From the IMG/VR virus record IMGVR_UViG_3300045988_045849: a stretch of 42,763 nt of DNA; one strand, written 5' to 3'. A program made the position numbers and the translations under genes. Under the pieces are notes generated by a model. That model did not search any database. It saw only the letters and a program-made list of their open reading frames with translations, and was not told where the DNA came from. This document shows, one piece after another, positions 32,140-41,465 of this stretch. Every line of letters starts with the position of its first letter. Position 1 is the stretch's first letter. This DNA comes from a virus.

Positions 32140-32285
32140 GCGATACACAAATAGTACGGCTTACGCTTGTAATTCCGCAGTGGTACAAAGCAGAGCAAAA
32201 CGACGAATGGCGGCACGACAAAGAGCAGCACTCTATTATGATGATACTCTGGGCAATACTGGGCATATTAGTTGCGATTAGATAA
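32136..32285 (+). CDS. Small membrane protein (49 aa, below the track cutoff)
   Basis: ATGA overlap with the upstream gene. Hand translation ends in the hydrophobic IMMILWAILGILVAIR. Confidence 0.4.
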   Translation: MSDTQIVRLTLVIPQWYKAEQNDEWRHDKEQHSIMMILWAILGILVAIR

Positions 32286-32303
32286 CAAACAGCGAGGTTT
32301 TAT

Positions 32304-32777
32304 ATGGCAAACTTTAATTTTAACAAGATTATACTCGGTGGACGGTTGACGGCAGACCCCGAACTTAAAACCACTCCGAGCGGTATTTCCGTAACTACGT
32401 TTTCTATTGCCGTCAACAAACGCGTTAAAGAAGGCGAGGAAGCACAGGCGGACTTTTTCAACGTAACAGCTTGGCGGCAGACGGCTGAATTCATCACGCG
32501 CTATTTCAGGAAAGCAAGCTCTATCTGCGTAGTCGGTGAGTTGCACAACAGGTCTTGGGTAGACCAGCAGGGACAAAAACGGTACGCAACGGAAATTGTG
32601 GCGAGCGAAGCGTTTTTTGTGGATGCAAAATCAGAAATGCCACAGGCGGCGCAAGCTCCAAGGACGCAGTCATATACACCTCCTGCAAGCACTCCTTATG
32701 TGCCGGAGGCTTACCAGACCAATATGACCATGCCGGATTTTAGCACGTTGCCTGACGACGAGGAACTGCCGTTTTGA
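32304..32777 (+). CDS. ssb: Single-stranded DNA-binding protein
   Basis: OB-fold N-terminus MANFNFNKIILGGRLTADPELK and the acidic tail DDEELPF. Confidence 0.92.
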   Translation: MANFNFNKIILGGRLTADPELKTTPSGISVTTFSIAVNKRVKEGEEAQADFFNVTAWRQTAEFITRYFRKASSICVVGELHNRSWVDQQGQKRYATEIVASEAFFVDAKSEMPQAAQAPRTQSYTPPASTPYVPEAYQTNMTMPDFSTLPDDEELPF

Positions 32778-33163
32778 GAACGTTTGAATTTCGTATTGAT
32801 TATCCGAAATCCAAAGCCGGAAAGACCGCATGGAACAGACGCTACGGACTGAACGCATACTACGCGGGAAAGCATTGGGCGGTACGTAAAAAGGACGCGG
32901 AGCACTGGCACTTGCTGACGCGGGAAGCAGTTTACCGCTCAAACAAGCACCCACAGGTTTTCGACAAGCCTGTGGAAATCATTTCTTACTTTAACGACAA
33001 TTTAGACTGCTCCAATCATGCGTCCGAATTAAAGATGATTGAGGACGGGTTAAAGGGTATTTTAATCGTAGACGACAACAAAAACTATGTAAAGGGGATA
33101 TCAATGTATTTCCACGCCGAAAATTATATAAAAGTAGTCGTAAAAGAAGTAGATTTACTTTAA
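32774..33163 (+). CDS. RusA-like Holliday junction resolvase
   Basis: TTG start overlapping the ssb stop. Contains ..LNAYYAGKHWAVRKK.. and LDCSNHASELKMIEDGLKGILIVDDN (DxxN..DD pattern). Confidence 0.5.
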   Translation: MRTFEFRIDYPKSKAGKTAWNRRYGLNAYYAGKHWAVRKKDAEHWHLLTREAVYRSNKHPQVFDKPVEIISYFNDNLDCSNHASELKMIEDGLKGILIVDDNKNYVKGISMYFHAENYIKVVVKEVDLL

Positions 33164-33295
33164 AAACCGTGATATTATGATTATGGGTACATGGTCTGTA
33201 CTCTGTGTTTTCCTCCTTTCAAAATAAGCTGCAGCTCGTAAAAGCAGCTCGGTGTACTCGGTACGCTGCGCCAGTGCAATTCTGGTTGAGCGCAC

Positions 33296-33367
33296 GCCGC
33301 CTTGGTGCATGGTAGACACCTCCCTCGTAGTGTGGAGAACGACGCGGTTCGATTCCGCGAGGTGGCA
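33296..33367 (+). ncRNA. tRNA-like element with canonical acceptor, T-arm and D-loop GG but a non-canonical anticodon arm
   Basis: The GCCGCCT/AGGTGGC acceptor has 7 bp including one G-T pair. U8 is present and the T-arm is CGCGG-TTCGATT-CCGCG. The anticodon stem has only 4 bp (33320-23 with 33334-37) and an 8-10-nt loop. Confidence 0.45.
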
Positions 33368-33398
33368 TTCATAAAAATAAAAACACATCGGAGGGAAA

Positions 33399-34109
33399 AT
33401 GAATATTATACAAAGAAAAGTGAGTGAGCTCGTGCCTTACTCCAAAAACGCGAAAAAGCACGATAAAACGCAAATTGCGAATGTTGCTGAATCTATCAAA
33501 CAATATGGATTTGTGCAACCGCTTGTAATTGACAAGGACAGTGTTATTGTTATCGGTCACTGCCGCGCACTTGCCGCTAAGAAGCTCGGCATGGAGACTG
33601 TGCCTTGCGTATGCGTGGATGATTTAACGCCGGAGCAAGTCAATGCGTTACGTCTTGTGGACAACAAATCTAACGAATCAGACTGGGATATGGATTTACT
33701 CGCGGACGAGCTTTCGGAGCTGGATTTGTCGGCGTTTGATTTTGATTGGGGATTAAAAGATGAAAGTGCAGATAATCCCTATACAACAGCCGTAAATATA
33801 CCGCAGTATGCTATTACCGGAGACAAACCGCAGTTCGAGGAAATGTACGACACAACAAAAGAAAGCGAATTAATCGACGAAATAGAGAAAAGCAACATCG
33901 AAGACGATGAGAAGATTTTTCTAAAAGCGGCAGCTCATCGGCACTGCCGCTTTAATTATAAAGCGATAGCAGAATATTATGCACACGCATCTCCGACTAC
34001 GCAACGGTTAATGGAAAAATCAGCGTTAGTAATTATTGACTTAGATAACGCTATAGCAAACGGTTATGTCAAACTGTCGAAAGCAATAGAGGTATTACGG
34101 CATGAATGA
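33399..34109 (+). CDS. ParB-like nuclease-domain protein
   Basis: ..YSKNAKKHDKTQIANVAESIKQYGFVQPLVIDKDSVIVIGHCRALAAKKLG.. carries the ParB/Srx GHxR core. Confidence 0.75.
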   Translation: MNIIQRKVSELVPYSKNAKKHDKTQIANVAESIKQYGFVQPLVIDKDSVIVIGHCRALAAKKLGMETVPCVCVDDLTPEQVNALRLVDNKSNESDWDMDLLADELSELDLSAFDFDWGLKDESADNPYTTAVNIPQYAITGDKPQFEEMYDTTKESELIDEIEKSNIEDDEKIFLKAAAHRHCRFNYKAIAEYYAHASPTTQRLMEKSALVIIDLDNAIANGYVKLSKAIEVLRHE

Positions 34110-35004
34110 CGATTTCGCTATATTAATATTAACTCACGGAAGAGCCGACAACGTTATGACAACGAAAGCACTCGAAAAAAGCGGTTACACGGGCAAAATA
34201 TACTATGTCATCGACGACGAAGATGAACAGGAAAATCTATATTATGCAAAATATGGTGACAGCGTAATAAAATTCAACAAGAAAAAGGCCGCTGAACATA
34301 CAGACGTAATGACACCGAGCCGAAAAAGGAATGCGGTGGTATTCGCTCGTAACGAATGTTGGAGAATAGCGGAGGAATTAGGCTTGACACATTTCTGTGT
34401 GTTAGATGACGATTACAAAACATTCGGCATTCGCTACATAGAAGACGGAAAATTTAAAGAACAGAAAATCAAAAACCTTGATGAAATAATAGCGGTATTC
34501 TGCGAGTTTCTTGACGTTTCGGGAGCTATTACGGTATGCATGGCGCAAGGTGGTGACTATATCGGAGGGGTGAACGGCGGCTTTTTCCGCAAAGGACTGT
34601 CGAGAAAAGCTATGAACGTATGGTTTATGAGGACCGATAGACCGTTTAAATATATGGGATTAACCAACGAAGATACGAATATGTATGTAAGTTTAGGCGG
34701 AATCGGAAAGCTAATGTTTACAGTGACAAACGTCTCGGTAAATCAAGTGCAGACGCAGGACAATCCAGGAGGATTAACGGATATTTACAAGCAGGACGGA
34801 ACATTTGTAAAATCATTTTATAGCGTAATGTGCCGTCCAGATTGTGTTAAGGTGTCAGCGATGGGAAACAGATTTATGCGGATGCACCACAACGTCGAGT
34901 GGGATTATTGTGTTCCGCAAATCATAAACGAAAAATGGCAGAAAGGAGCGGCAAATGGCGAGAACAGGAAGACCGCCGAAAGAAATAAACCAAATCGAAT
35001 TTGA
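34102..35004 (+). CDS. GT-A-like (DxD) putative glycosyltransferase
   Basis: N-terminal beta strand FAILILTHGR. Candidate DxD motif in FCVLDDDY. 300 aa. The 3' end overlaps terS by 50 nt. Confidence 0.4.
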   Translation: MNDDFAILILTHGRADNVMTTKALEKSGYTGKIYYVIDDEDEQENLYYAKYGDSVIKFNKKKAAEHTDVMTPSRKRNAVVFARNECWRIAEELGLTHFCVLDDDYKTFGIRYIEDGKFKEQKIKNLDEIIAVFCEFLDVSGAITVCMAQGGDYIGGVNGGFFRKGLSRKAMNVWFMRTDRPFKYMGLTNEDTNMYVSLGGIGKLMFTVTNVSVNQVQTQDNPGGLTDIYKQDGTFVKSFYSVMCRPDCVKVSAMGNRFMRMHHNVEWDYCVPQIINEKWQKGAANGENRKTAERNKPNRI

Positions 35005-35302
35005 GAAGCTTTGCAAAATGCAGTGCACATGTGAAGAAATATGTGATTGGTTTGATGTTACCGACAAAACGCTCAATACGTGGTGTCGCAAAACATATGG
35101 AGAAACTTTTTCCGTAGTTTTCGCCAAAAAAAGGAGCAGGGGGAAAGTATCGCTCCGGCGTTTACAATGGCAACACGCGGAGCGTAGTGTGCCTATGGCT
35201 ATTTGGCTCGGCAAGCAGTATCTCGGGCAGAAGGACAAGCCGGAGGATTCCGTTGATACCGAGGACACGGAAGCTTATCTGCACGAGGCGGGAATAGAAT
35301 GA
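34955..35302 (+). CDS. terS: Terminase small subunit
   Basis: N-terminal HTH (MARTGRPPKEINQIEFEKLCKMQCT.EEICDWFDVTDKTLNTW), directly upstream of terL. Confidence 0.75.
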   Translation: MARTGRPPKEINQIEFEKLCKMQCTCEEICDWFDVTDKTLNTWCRKTYGETFSVVFAKKRSRGKVSLRRLQWQHAERSVPMAIWLGKQYLGQKDKPEDSVDTEDTEAYLHEAGIE

Positions 35303-36567
35303 TATCGCGCAGTGTGTTTCCGGTATTCGGAGAAAAGCATAAGGAATATATTAATTCTGCTATTCGCTCCACCATCTCCGTAGCGGAGGGCGCGGTGCGT
35401 GCCGGTAAAACCATAGACAATATTGCCGCTTTTGCTGCGCTCATCCAAAAAGGAACGCCGGATAGAATCCACCTTGCTACAGGCTCAACCGCCGCGAATG
35501 CTAAGCTTAACATCGGCGCGGCGAACGGGTACGGCTTGGAGAATATATTCCGTGGGAGGTGTCGCTGGACGAAATACAAGGGTAACGAAGCTTTAATTAT
35601 CACCTCTCACGGGCGGGATTATGTTGTTATCTTTGCCGGAGGTGGCAAGGCTGACAGCTTCAAAAAAATCCGTGGTAACTCCTATGGTATGTGGATTGCT
35701 ACGGAAATAAACTTGCACCATGAAGACACGATAAAAGAAGCGTTTAACCGTCAGCTCGCGTCGCGTCTCCGTCGTGTATTTTGGGATTTAAACCCGTCCT
35801 CGCCTGCGCACTGGATTTATACGGACTTTATCGACCGTTTTCCCTCTCAATTCGGTGACCGATACAATTACTGCCATTTTACTATCCGCGACAACGCGAC
35901 TATTACTCCGCAGCGTCTCGCGGAAATAGAAGCGCAGTATGACAAAGGCTCTATATGGTATCGGCGCGATATTCTCGGCGAACGCTGTATTGCCGAAGGT
36001 CTTGTATACCAGTGCTTTAACGAATCGTGTATAGTCGACGATATGCCGGAAAGCGGTGAATATTATATCTCTATCGACTACGGCACAATGAACCCGTTTT
36101 CTGCGGGACTTTGGTGCATTAACGGAGACAAAGCTGTGCGAATAAAGGAATACTATTACAATGGACGCGCCGCACGAGCGCAACGAACGGACGAGGACTA
36201 TTGCAACAACGTGATTGAGCTTGCGAAAGGTTACGACATCAAAGAGGTTATTATAGACCCTTCTGCTGCGTCGTTTATCACAGCATTGCAACGGAAAGGA
36301 TTTAAAACGCGTAAGGCTGACAACGATGTGCTTAACGGAATACATCGTGTAGCGGATTATCTCATGGGCGGCAATATTAAAATACATCGGTGCTGCAAGG
36401 ACGCTATTAACGAATTCGGTTTATACTCGTGGGACGACAAAGCGACGGACGCGGACACCGTAATTAAAGAAAACGACCACGCGATGGACGAAATACGCTA
36501 TTTTGCGTCGACGGTATTACGTCACAGAATCGGCAAGGGAAACTATAAGCCGATACTATATAGGTAG
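35299..36567 (+). CDS. terL: Terminase large subunit (PBSX/Terminase_3-like)
   Basis: Walker A motif GAVRAGKT. 422 aa, followed by the portal gene. Confidence 0.9.
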   Translation: MISRSVFPVFGEKHKEYINSAIRSTISVAEGAVRAGKTIDNIAAFAALIQKGTPDRIHLATGSTAANAKLNIGAANGYGLENIFRGRCRWTKYKGNEALIITSHGRDYVVIFAGGGKADSFKKIRGNSYGMWIATEINLHHEDTIKEAFNRQLASRLRRVFWDLNPSSPAHWIYTDFIDRFPSQFGDRYNYCHFTIRDNATITPQRLAEIEAQYDKGSIWYRRDILGERCIAEGLVYQCFNESCIVDDMPESGEYYISIDYGTMNPFSAGLWCINGDKAVRIKEYYYNGRAARAQRTDEDYCNNVIELAKGYDIKEVIIDPSAASFITALQRKGFKTRKADNDVLNGIHRVADYLMGGNIKIHRCCKDAINEFGLYSWDDKATDADTVIKENDHAMDEIRYFASTVLRHRIGKGNYKPILYR

Positions 36568-37995
36568 GTGAGCATTATCAAAACTTATCAAGATTTAATC
36601 GCTGTTGGGCTTGATGAAAAGGTCCGTATGCAGTTTATTGAGAGCGTTATCAACGACCATAGGAGCAGTAAAAAATACCGCGACGCGGCTGTTGCTAACG
36701 AGTACTACGCTAAACGCAACGTTACAATTACGCAGTTTCAAAAATTCCTCTATACGATGTCCGGCAAAAAGGTAACGGATATCTATTCGGCTAATTACAA
36801 AACAAAAACTGCTTTCTTCCGCTCGATGGTAATACAGCAGACGCAGTATGTGTTATCGAACGGTATCACTTTTGCAAAAAGCGACACGAAAGACAAGCTC
36901 GGACGTGACTTTGATTATCAAATACAGACCGCTGCAAAAAAGGCTATGATTGATGGTGTGTCGTTTTGCTTTTTTAACTTTGACCATGTGGAGGTGTTCG
37001 GTTTTGCGGATATTCCGTCTTGCCCGGGCTTCGCTCCGCTTTATGACGAGGACACTTCCCTGCTCCGTGCCGGAGTGCGATACTGGTACAGCGGCGCGGA
37101 CGGTCAGAATGTTCTCCATGCGACGTTGTACGAAGAGGACGGATACGCGACCTATATCCACAAGCACGGCTCTGATATGGAGCAGGTCGACGCGAAGCGC
37201 GGATATATCAAAACCGCGACAAGCACGGCTGACAATCTCATTTCCGAGGTTGCTTATTCTAATTATCCGTCGTTTCCGATTGTCCCACTTTATGCGAACG
37301 ATTTGCACGAATCCGAGCTGAACGGGCTGCGCGAATCCATTGACTGTTACGACTATATCAAAAATGGCTTGGCAAACGACATAGACGACACGGCGGGGAT
37401 TTACTGGACTATAAAAAATTCGGGCGGTTTTGATGATGAGGATATGGTTAAATTTCTCGACCGTCTCCGCGTGGTAAAGGCTGCTTCGGTTAGTGCGGAT
37501 GACGCGGAAGTTGAATCTCACACTGTCGATGTGCCTGTGGAAGCTCGCTCAACTATGCTTGAGATACTGCGGACAGACCTATACAAAGACGCTATGCTGC
37601 TTAATGTGTCGGAACTTTCTGCGTCTGCCAAAACAGCGACGGAAATACGCGCCGCGTATCAGCCGCAGGACGACAAATGCGGCGACTTTGAATATCACAT
37701 CTCTAACACTATATACAAAATACTGCAGTTGGTCGGTATTGAGGATGACCCGTCTTTTAAATGGAACCGCATTGCAAATATGACCGAAGAAACACAAATG
37801 GTATTGCTTGCCGCGAATTACCTTGACGATGAAACTATACTTAACCATCTGCCGTGGATAACGCCGGAGGAAGTAGACGGAATATTGAAACGGCGTGACG
37901 CGGAAGACTTGAACCGTCTCGGCATGGTGCAGGGCGCGGCTCAAAGCACGTCACGGCGAGCTACAGAGCCGGAAAAGGTAATCGAGGATGAGTAA
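36568..37995 (+). CDS. Portal protein (SPP1 gp6-like)
   Basis: 475 aa with a GTG start immediately after terL and an acidic C-terminus. Confidence 0.85.
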   Translation: MSIIKTYQDLIAVGLDEKVRMQFIESVINDHRSSKKYRDAAVANEYYAKRNVTITQFQKFLYTMSGKKVTDIYSANYKTKTAFFRSMVIQQTQYVLSNGITFAKSDTKDKLGRDFDYQIQTAAKKAMIDGVSFCFFNFDHVEVFGFADIPSCPGFAPLYDEDTSLLRAGVRYWYSGADGQNVLHATLYEEDGYATYIHKHGSDMEQVDAKRGYIKTATSTADNLISEVAYSNYPSFPIVPLYANDLHESELNGLRESIDCYDYIKNGLANDIDDTAGIYWTIKNSGGFDDEDMVKFLDRLRVVKAASVSADDAEVESHTVDVPVEARSTMLEILRTDLYKDAMLLNVSELSASAKTATEIRAAYQPQDDKCGDFEYHISNTIYKILQLVGIEDDPSFKWNRIANMTEETQMVLLAANYLDDETILNHLPWITPEEVDGILKRRDAEDLNRLGMVQGAAQSTSRRATEPEKVIEDE

Positions 37996-39061
37996 TCGAG
38001 ACGAAGCGCAAGAATGGACAGAAGAACGCCTAAAGCGTCTGGAAAAACGTATTGAAGAAGTCTATCGTGAAGCGATGGAAGCGCGCGACAAATCGGTTGA
38101 CGCGTTCTTCGCTTGGTTTGAAAAGGCGGACGAAAAAAAGCGGAAATTGCTTGAAGAAGAAAAAATTACCGAAAAGCAATATCAGCAGTGGCGGCTTGAA
38201 CAACTTATGACGGGCAATCAATACAAGGCTATGCGTGACAAGCTGGCGGAGCGAATGACGCACGCTAACGAAATCGCCATTGCTTACGTCAACGACGAAA
38301 CGCCGGGGATTTACTCTATTAACCGCAACTGGACGGCTTACAAGATTGAGCAGGCTGTTGGGGACTGCGATTTTACTCTGTACGACGAACGCGTTATAAA
38401 ACGGCTTATCATGGAGAACCCCGGACTTATGCCGAATTATCCAGCGGAAAAGGCTATAAAGCGTGATATTGATTTGGAGTACGGCAAAAAGCAAATTACA
38501 TCGTCTATTACAAGTGGAATATTGCAGGGCAGACCAATTGACGAGATTGCACAGGACTTGATGATACGGATTAGCGGAATGAATAAAAACAGTGCAATAC
38601 GCGCGGCGCGTACTGCCACGACTGGCGCACAGAACGCGGGGCGGCTTGATGGGCTTGTAGCTGCGGAGGCAATGGGCATAAAGCTTGCAAAAAAATGGAA
38701 TGCGACATATGACGGAAAAACACGGCACTCCCATGCGGTACTTGACGGCGAAACTGTTGCTTGCGACAAAAAATTTTCTAACGGTTGCCGGTATCCCGGA
38801 GACCCCGACGGCAGACCTGAGGAAATATACAATTGCCGCTGCAAAATAACGGGCGACCTTGAGGACGAACCGGATGACGAAAATACAAAAATCCGTGTCC
38901 GTGACCCTGTTACGGGTAAAAACGTCGTGCTCCCTAATATGAATTATGCTGAATGGGAGCAATGGAAAAAAGACAGGTTAGCAGCAAAAGGAGCGGAGGG
39001 TGAAACGGCAACCAAAAAGAAAACCACAAAGAAAAAGGAGGTGAAAAAAAGTGGTGTTTGA
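37988..39061 (+). CDS. Head morphogenesis / minor capsid protein (SPP1 gp7 / Mu F family)
   Basis: Contains ..WNATYDGKTRHSHAVLDGETV.. and ..IYNCRCKI.. motifs. It follows the portal gene. Confidence 0.85.
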   Translation: MSNRDEAQEWTEERLKRLEKRIEEVYREAMEARDKSVDAFFAWFEKADEKKRKLLEEEKITEKQYQQWRLEQLMTGNQYKAMRDKLAERMTHANEIAIAYVNDETPGIYSINRNWTAYKIEQAVGDCDFTLYDERVIKRLIMENPGLMPNYPAEKAIKRDIDLEYGKKQITSSITSGILQGRPIDEIAQDLMIRISGMNKNSAIRAARTATTGAQNAGRLDGLVAAEAMGIKLAKKWNATYDGKTRHSHAVLDGETVACDKKFSNGCRYPGDPDGRPEEIYNCRCKITGDLEDEPDDENTKIRVRDPVTGKNVVLPNMNYAEWEQWKKDRLAAKGAEGETATKKKTTKKKEVKKSGV

Positions 39062-39377
39062 ATTTATATCCCGAGCCGCTGAGGTAAAGGACAACCTTGA
39101 CAAAGCGATTGAAAAGGCTCTCGAAAAGTGCGGAATAAAGGCGGAAGGATATGCTTACAAGCTGTGTCCGAAGCGAACGGGTAGACTGGCTAATAGTATC
39201 GCTCATACTGTGCGTATAGATGAAAAAGCGGTGTATATCGGAACTAATGTCTCTTACGGTCCTCATGTTGAGCTTGGTACTAAACGGCAGAAGGCGCAAC
39301 CTTATCTTAAACCGGCTGTTACAGACCATGCCGAGCAATATAACCGAATCGCAAAAAAAGCGATGAAAGGAGAATAG
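39051..39377 (+). CDS. HK97 gp10-like protein
   Basis: AGGAGGTG RBS with a GTG start. Contains ..CPKRTGRLANSIAH.. and YGPHVELGT. Confidence 0.6.
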   Translation: MVFEFISRAAEVKDNLDKAIEKALEKCGIKAEGYAYKLCPKRTGRLANSIAHTVRIDEKAVYIGTNVSYGPHVELGTKRQKAQPYLKPAVTDHAEQYNRIAKKAMKGE

Positions 39378-39379
39378 CC

Positions 39380-40924
39380 TTGATTATTTGCGAAGTCAAC
39401 AAAAACCACCTTAACGTACGGACGCGGGAGCTGCTGACAGCTGGCTCTCAAAATGTTAACACGGTTGAGTTTAGATTTAATGAAGCGTGGGACGGACTTG
39501 CCAAAACAGCGACGTTTAAAACATCAAAAAAGACAATATCTGTCTTACTCAACACAAACACTACAGCAATACCTTGGGAAGCACTCGCAGACGCAGGGGA
39601 AATTTTAGCAGTCGGCGTGTTTGGCGTGTCGGGTGAAACTATAGTCCTGCCGACGGTCTGGGGAATCCTCGGAAAGGTTATGGACGCGGCGCACCTCGGA
39701 GACGAAGAAAAAGAACCAACGCCGGATGTGTATCAAAAAATACTCGACGAGCTGAATGCGTTAGAAAGACCCACATGGGACGCGGTGCAGAACAAGCCGT
39801 TTACCACGCTCGGCAGCGGGCTGGCGGTGAACGAAAACGGCGTGCTGTCCGCAGAGGGAGGAAGCGGCGGCTCGCCGAATGCAGTGCAGTATGTTGCGCA
39901 GACGCTGACCGATGAGCAGAAAAGGCAAGCGAGAGCCAACATTGGAGCTTCGCCTATTCCAACAGTCAGATATTGGTTAAACCTTAAAGCTGATAATATC
40001 ATTAATTTATACAACATGGGTGTTGGGTATGGCATAATCTCTCCTGTCGACTATGACCAAACTGTGCCGACCGGAATGTCGTCTCCTATGCTCGTAATAT
40101 TTGGGAGAATGAACTATGGTAGAGTAGATATAACCGTATATGATGGTGCGGGAGCTGTTTGGAGGGGAAGTTTAAATCTTTCTTCGCAAACAACTGATGT
40201 CGCCAAAACAGGTGACTACGTTACAAATACCGCCTTAACGGATATACTCCATAACTATGTACCGGCTGAAAATTATGAAGAAAATTTACAAGAAATTGCT
40301 CAAGCAATCGGCACAAAACTCGACAAAAATCAAGGCGCGGGCAACGCGGGAAAAATCCTCGGCATTGGGGAAGATGGAATCGTAGCTCCGCAGGACAAGC
40401 CGACATACACGCTCACTGACGCGGACAAAACTGCTGTGGCGGACAAAGTTGTGGCGGACGGAATTGCGGCTACTTTGGTCGATTTGCCGAGTGGCGGCGG
40501 GGGCGGGGGGGCGTGGACTAAAATCCTCGAAACAGAAGTGACGGAGGCAACCGCAACTTTTGAAGTCACGGGATTAGACAATTACACAGAATTTTTAGTG
40601 ATTAATAGCGGACTGCAAAATGCCACCAGCACAGATTCGGTGCAAAATCTATACATAAATGGCGCACAAGTATGTGCCAATTTTGTGGATGTGCCAAAGA
40701 GCGGCAAGACAACTTATAACTACGCAATAGCAAGATTTAATGGAATAGTCTGGGAATGCCACAAGCCGAACGTAGCTGCATCCGCAACCAATCTCGCTCC
40801 ATCAATCGCATATATCCCATATAATGTTGTGTTTGGAGTTGGCAAAGCTACATCAATAAAAACGGCAACGGCAAACACCACATATGCGCCAGTATCAGGC
40901 AAAATCACAATATACGGCAGATAA
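39380..40924 (+). CDS. Tail-fibre / BppU-like receptor-binding protein
   Basis: TTG start with an AAAGGAG RBS. The N-terminal domain is BppU-like. It carries the fibre motif TDEQKRQARANIGAS and a Gly6 linker before the C-terminal domain. Confidence 0.6.
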   Translation: MIICEVNKNHLNVRTRELLTAGSQNVNTVEFRFNEAWDGLAKTATFKTSKKTISVLLNTNTTAIPWEALADAGEILAVGVFGVSGETIVLPTVWGILGKVMDAAHLGDEEKEPTPDVYQKILDELNALERPTWDAVQNKPFTTLGSGLAVNENGVLSAEGGSGGSPNAVQYVAQTLTDEQKRQARANIGASPIPTVRYWLNLKADNIINLYNMGVGYGIISPVDYDQTVPTGMSSPMLVIFGRMNYGRVDITVYDGAGAVWRGSLNLSSQTTDVAKTGDYVTNTALTDILHNYVPAENYEENLQEIAQAIGTKLDKNQGAGNAGKILGIGEDGIVAPQDKPTYTLTDADKTAVADKVVADGIAATLVDLPSGGGGGGAWTKILETEVTEATATFEVTGLDNYTEFLVINSGLQNATSTDSVQNLYINGAQVCANFVDVPKSGKTTYNYAIARFNGIVWECHKPNVAASATNLAPSIAYIPYNVVFGVGKATSIKTATANTTYAPVSGKITIYGR

Positions 40925-40938
40925 AAGGAGGAAAATAA

Positions 40939-41448
40939 ATGCCAAAAGTAGTAACACACAACGGGCAGCTCGTCACGTTAAACGGCAAGGCGTTGGAGGT
41001 TGACGCGACGGATTTGCCGAGCGGGGGTGGAAGGGTGACAACAATAGGCAAGGTCACAATGGATGGGGAAACCACAGTTGTACAATGGGACTTGACAGGC
41101 GAAACTATTATCATTGTTACAATTGCTGGCACGACAACTGCAATGGGCGCATTGACTGCTACAGTCAAGCTCACTCATGCATCGGGAGCGTCAAACAACT
41201 TTGCGACGCTGAATTTAAACGCGAGCGTCTATTCGCCTAAAAATGTGATGGTGATAATGGGCAATGGCAGCTCGCGGATTGCAATGTTCCTTCCCACCGA
41301 AAGTACAGTTTATATGGGAAGTATACAAGGCAAAATAGAGCAAGGCGTAACGGCACAAGACTTGCCTGACGACCCCGCCACTAAAATCACAATCACATTT
41401 GATACCGCGCCAGTTAGCGGGACAACAGTAAAAGTCGAAGGACAATAA
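40939..41448 (+). CDS. Beta-rich protein sharing the DLPSGGG junction with the fibre gene
   Basis: aaggagg RBS. VDATDLPSGGGRV.. parallels LVDLPSGGGGGGAW.. in the upstream gene. Confidence 0.55.
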   Translation: MPKVVTHNGQLVTLNGKALEVDATDLPSGGGRVTTIGKVTMDGETTVVQWDLTGETIIIVTIAGTTTAMGALTATVKLTHASGASNNFATLNLNASVYSPKNVMVIMGNGSSRIAMFLPTESTVYMGSIQGKIEQGVTAQDLPDDPATKITITFDTAPVSGTTVKVEGQ

Positions 41449-41465
41449 TAAAGGATGGCAAAAAA

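Noticed and set aside
33155-33388. Minus-strand ORFs 33155..33388, 33181..33372 and 33369..33560
   Set aside because: They lie opposite to all flanking genes, have no usable RBS spacing, and cover the tRNA-like element. They are treated as non-coding.
38030-38962. 310-aa minus-strand ORF antisense to the MuF-like gene. Similar shadow ORFs are 36853..37521, 35788..36387, 5122..5961, 4112..4624, 2479..2994 and 644..1156.
   Set aside because: Each lies fully inside a well-supported plus-strand structural gene. They have low-complexity or odd composition, lack RBSs, and would interrupt a strictly one-directional late operon.
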